DNA of 64,000 nucleotides from Desulfobacteraceae bacterium (lineage in GTDB: Bacteria; Desulfobacterota; Desulfobacteria; Desulfobacterales; Desulfatirhabdiaceae), in NCBI GenBank assembly GCA_037439445.1, contig JBBIWB010000011.1, forward strand, positions 6,671 through 70,670, written 5' to 3'. The position numbers and the translations under genes are program-made. This document shows positions 63,218-64,000 of the stretch, piece by piece; within the stretch, counting starts at the first letter, position 1, and every line of letters starts with the position of its first letter. The notes below the pieces were generated by a model that saw only the letters and a program-made list of their open reading frames with translations, ran no database searches and was not told the DNA's origin.

Positions 63218-64000
63218 CTATAAATCCAGTACGGCACCACAGCTTGCCGAAGTAACTCTTCTTGAATACCTTGCCAGATATCCTGATGTGATTTTCGGTT
63301 CCCTAGGCACCCATCTGGAAAGCCTTTCTTGGATAACTGTATCAGAAACATCAAGGGTTAAGGTTTTTCCAGGAATATCAATTGAGATGGTATCTCCTTC
63401 ATTTATAATGGCAATTGGTCCTCCTGATGCTGCTTCAGGGGAAATATGGCCGATTGCTGCACCTCTGGTTCCACCTGAAAACCTTCCGTCTGTGATAAGA
63501 GCAACATGGGCATCCAAACCCATTCCTGCTATTGCAGATGTTGGTGAGAGCATCTCCTGCATTCCAGGGCCACCCTTCGGGCCCTCATAACGGATAACAA
63601 CAACATCCCCTTTATTAATCTGACCAGAAAGGATAGCCTTGCATGCACTGGGTTCTGAATCAAATACCCTCGCAGGTCCCTTGTGAGTAAGCATTTCCTT
63701 ACAGACTGCAGATTGTTTTACCACACATCCGTCCGGTGCAAGATTTCCGAAGAGAGCTGCAAGCCCTCCTTGTTTGTTGTATGGATTTTCTATCGGGCGA
63801 ATCACATCAGGATTTAAAACATGGGATTTTTCAATGTTTTCACCCACTGTCTTTCCGGTTACTGTCAGGCTTTTGCCATCTATCAGCCCTGCACGAGACA
63901 GCTCTCTCATTACTGCGAACACTCCTCCTGCCCTGTAAAGGTCTTCTACATGGTGTTTGCCGCCGGGGCTGAGGGAACATAAATGTGGAGTGGCCAGACT
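63218..64000 (-). CDS. ilvD: Dihydroxy-acid dehydratase, C-terminal part (N-terminus lies beyond the window)
   Basis: The frame is open from 64000 (…[25 protein letters not shown]…) through [25 protein letters not shown] and the stop at 63218. Confidence 0.9.
   Translation of the reverse strand, partial: SLATPHLCSLSPGGKHHVEDLYRAGGVFAVMRELSRAGLIDGKSLTVTGKTVGENIEKSHVLNPDVIRPIENPYNKQGGLAALFGNLAPDGCVVKQSAVCKEMLTHKGPARVFDSEPSACKAILSGQINKGDVVVIRYEGPKGGPGMQEMLSPTSAIAGMGLDAHVALITDGRFSGGTRGAAIGHISPEAASGGPIAIINEGDTISIDIPGKTLTLDVSDTVIQERLSRWVPREPKITSGYLARYSRRVTSASCGAVLDL

Noticed and set aside
1-64000. I looked for CRISPR arrays, transposases, integrases, phage genes, toxin-antitoxin pairs, rRNA genes and long direct repeats.
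   Set aside because: None were found by reading the ORF track and intergenic regions. Every gap larger than about 150 nt was inspected, and these contain only the short structures listed above.

Overview
The window is a chromosomal, mostly housekeeping segment, probably from an anaerobic Desulfobacterota-type (deltaproteobacterial) genome. That placement is an inference from gene content only: many sigma-54/PAS regulators, CooC, a citramalate pathway and Sec-style recoding. Gene order, left to right: (1) a complex I operon on the minus strand (nuoA, a fused nuoBCD, nuoE, F, G, H and the start of nuoI). (2) A 1430-aa eukaryote-type glycogen debranching enzyme with a small CBM48 protein. (3) A PAS/sigma-54 activator translationally coupled to an Arn-like amino-sugar/polyprenyl-phosphate gene set, followed by two GNATs. 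(4) A response-regulator/histidine kinase, an MBL hydrolase, pyrD, a rubrerythrin-like protein and a CitE/HpcH lyase. (5) An orphan amt gene with a perfect sigma-54 promoter. (6) aroA-aroK-aroC. (7) A Ski2-like helicase and a CooC-like ATPase. (8) dnaG-rpoD-tRNA(CAT), then nif3, a zinc-ribbon protein and RNase P RNA. (9) sufC and sufBD, an unusual HPr-domain fusion protein, ispD and an AhpF-like TrxR fusion. (10) yggL and mtnP. (11) The operon ArsR / small HTH / rhodanese-DsbD-thioredoxin / Trx-fold protein / GcvH-like protein. (12) The four-gene radical-SAM 'selenodomain/arsenosugar-associated' cluster. (13) A hybrid histidine kinase. (14) tlyA and the branched-chain amino acid operon ilvD-ilvB-ilvN-ilvC-cimA-leuA. 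The most interesting signal is at about 46.8-50.3 kb. Three in-frame TGA codons sit exactly where redox-active Cys residues are expected, two in a rhodanese active-site loop and one in a Trx-fold active site. Each has a stem-loop downstream. Reading them as selenocysteine merges split ORFs into a Sec-rhodanese::DsbD::Trx envelope protein and restores a complete small Trx-fold protein. I saw no CRISPR array, transposase, integrase or prophage genes.
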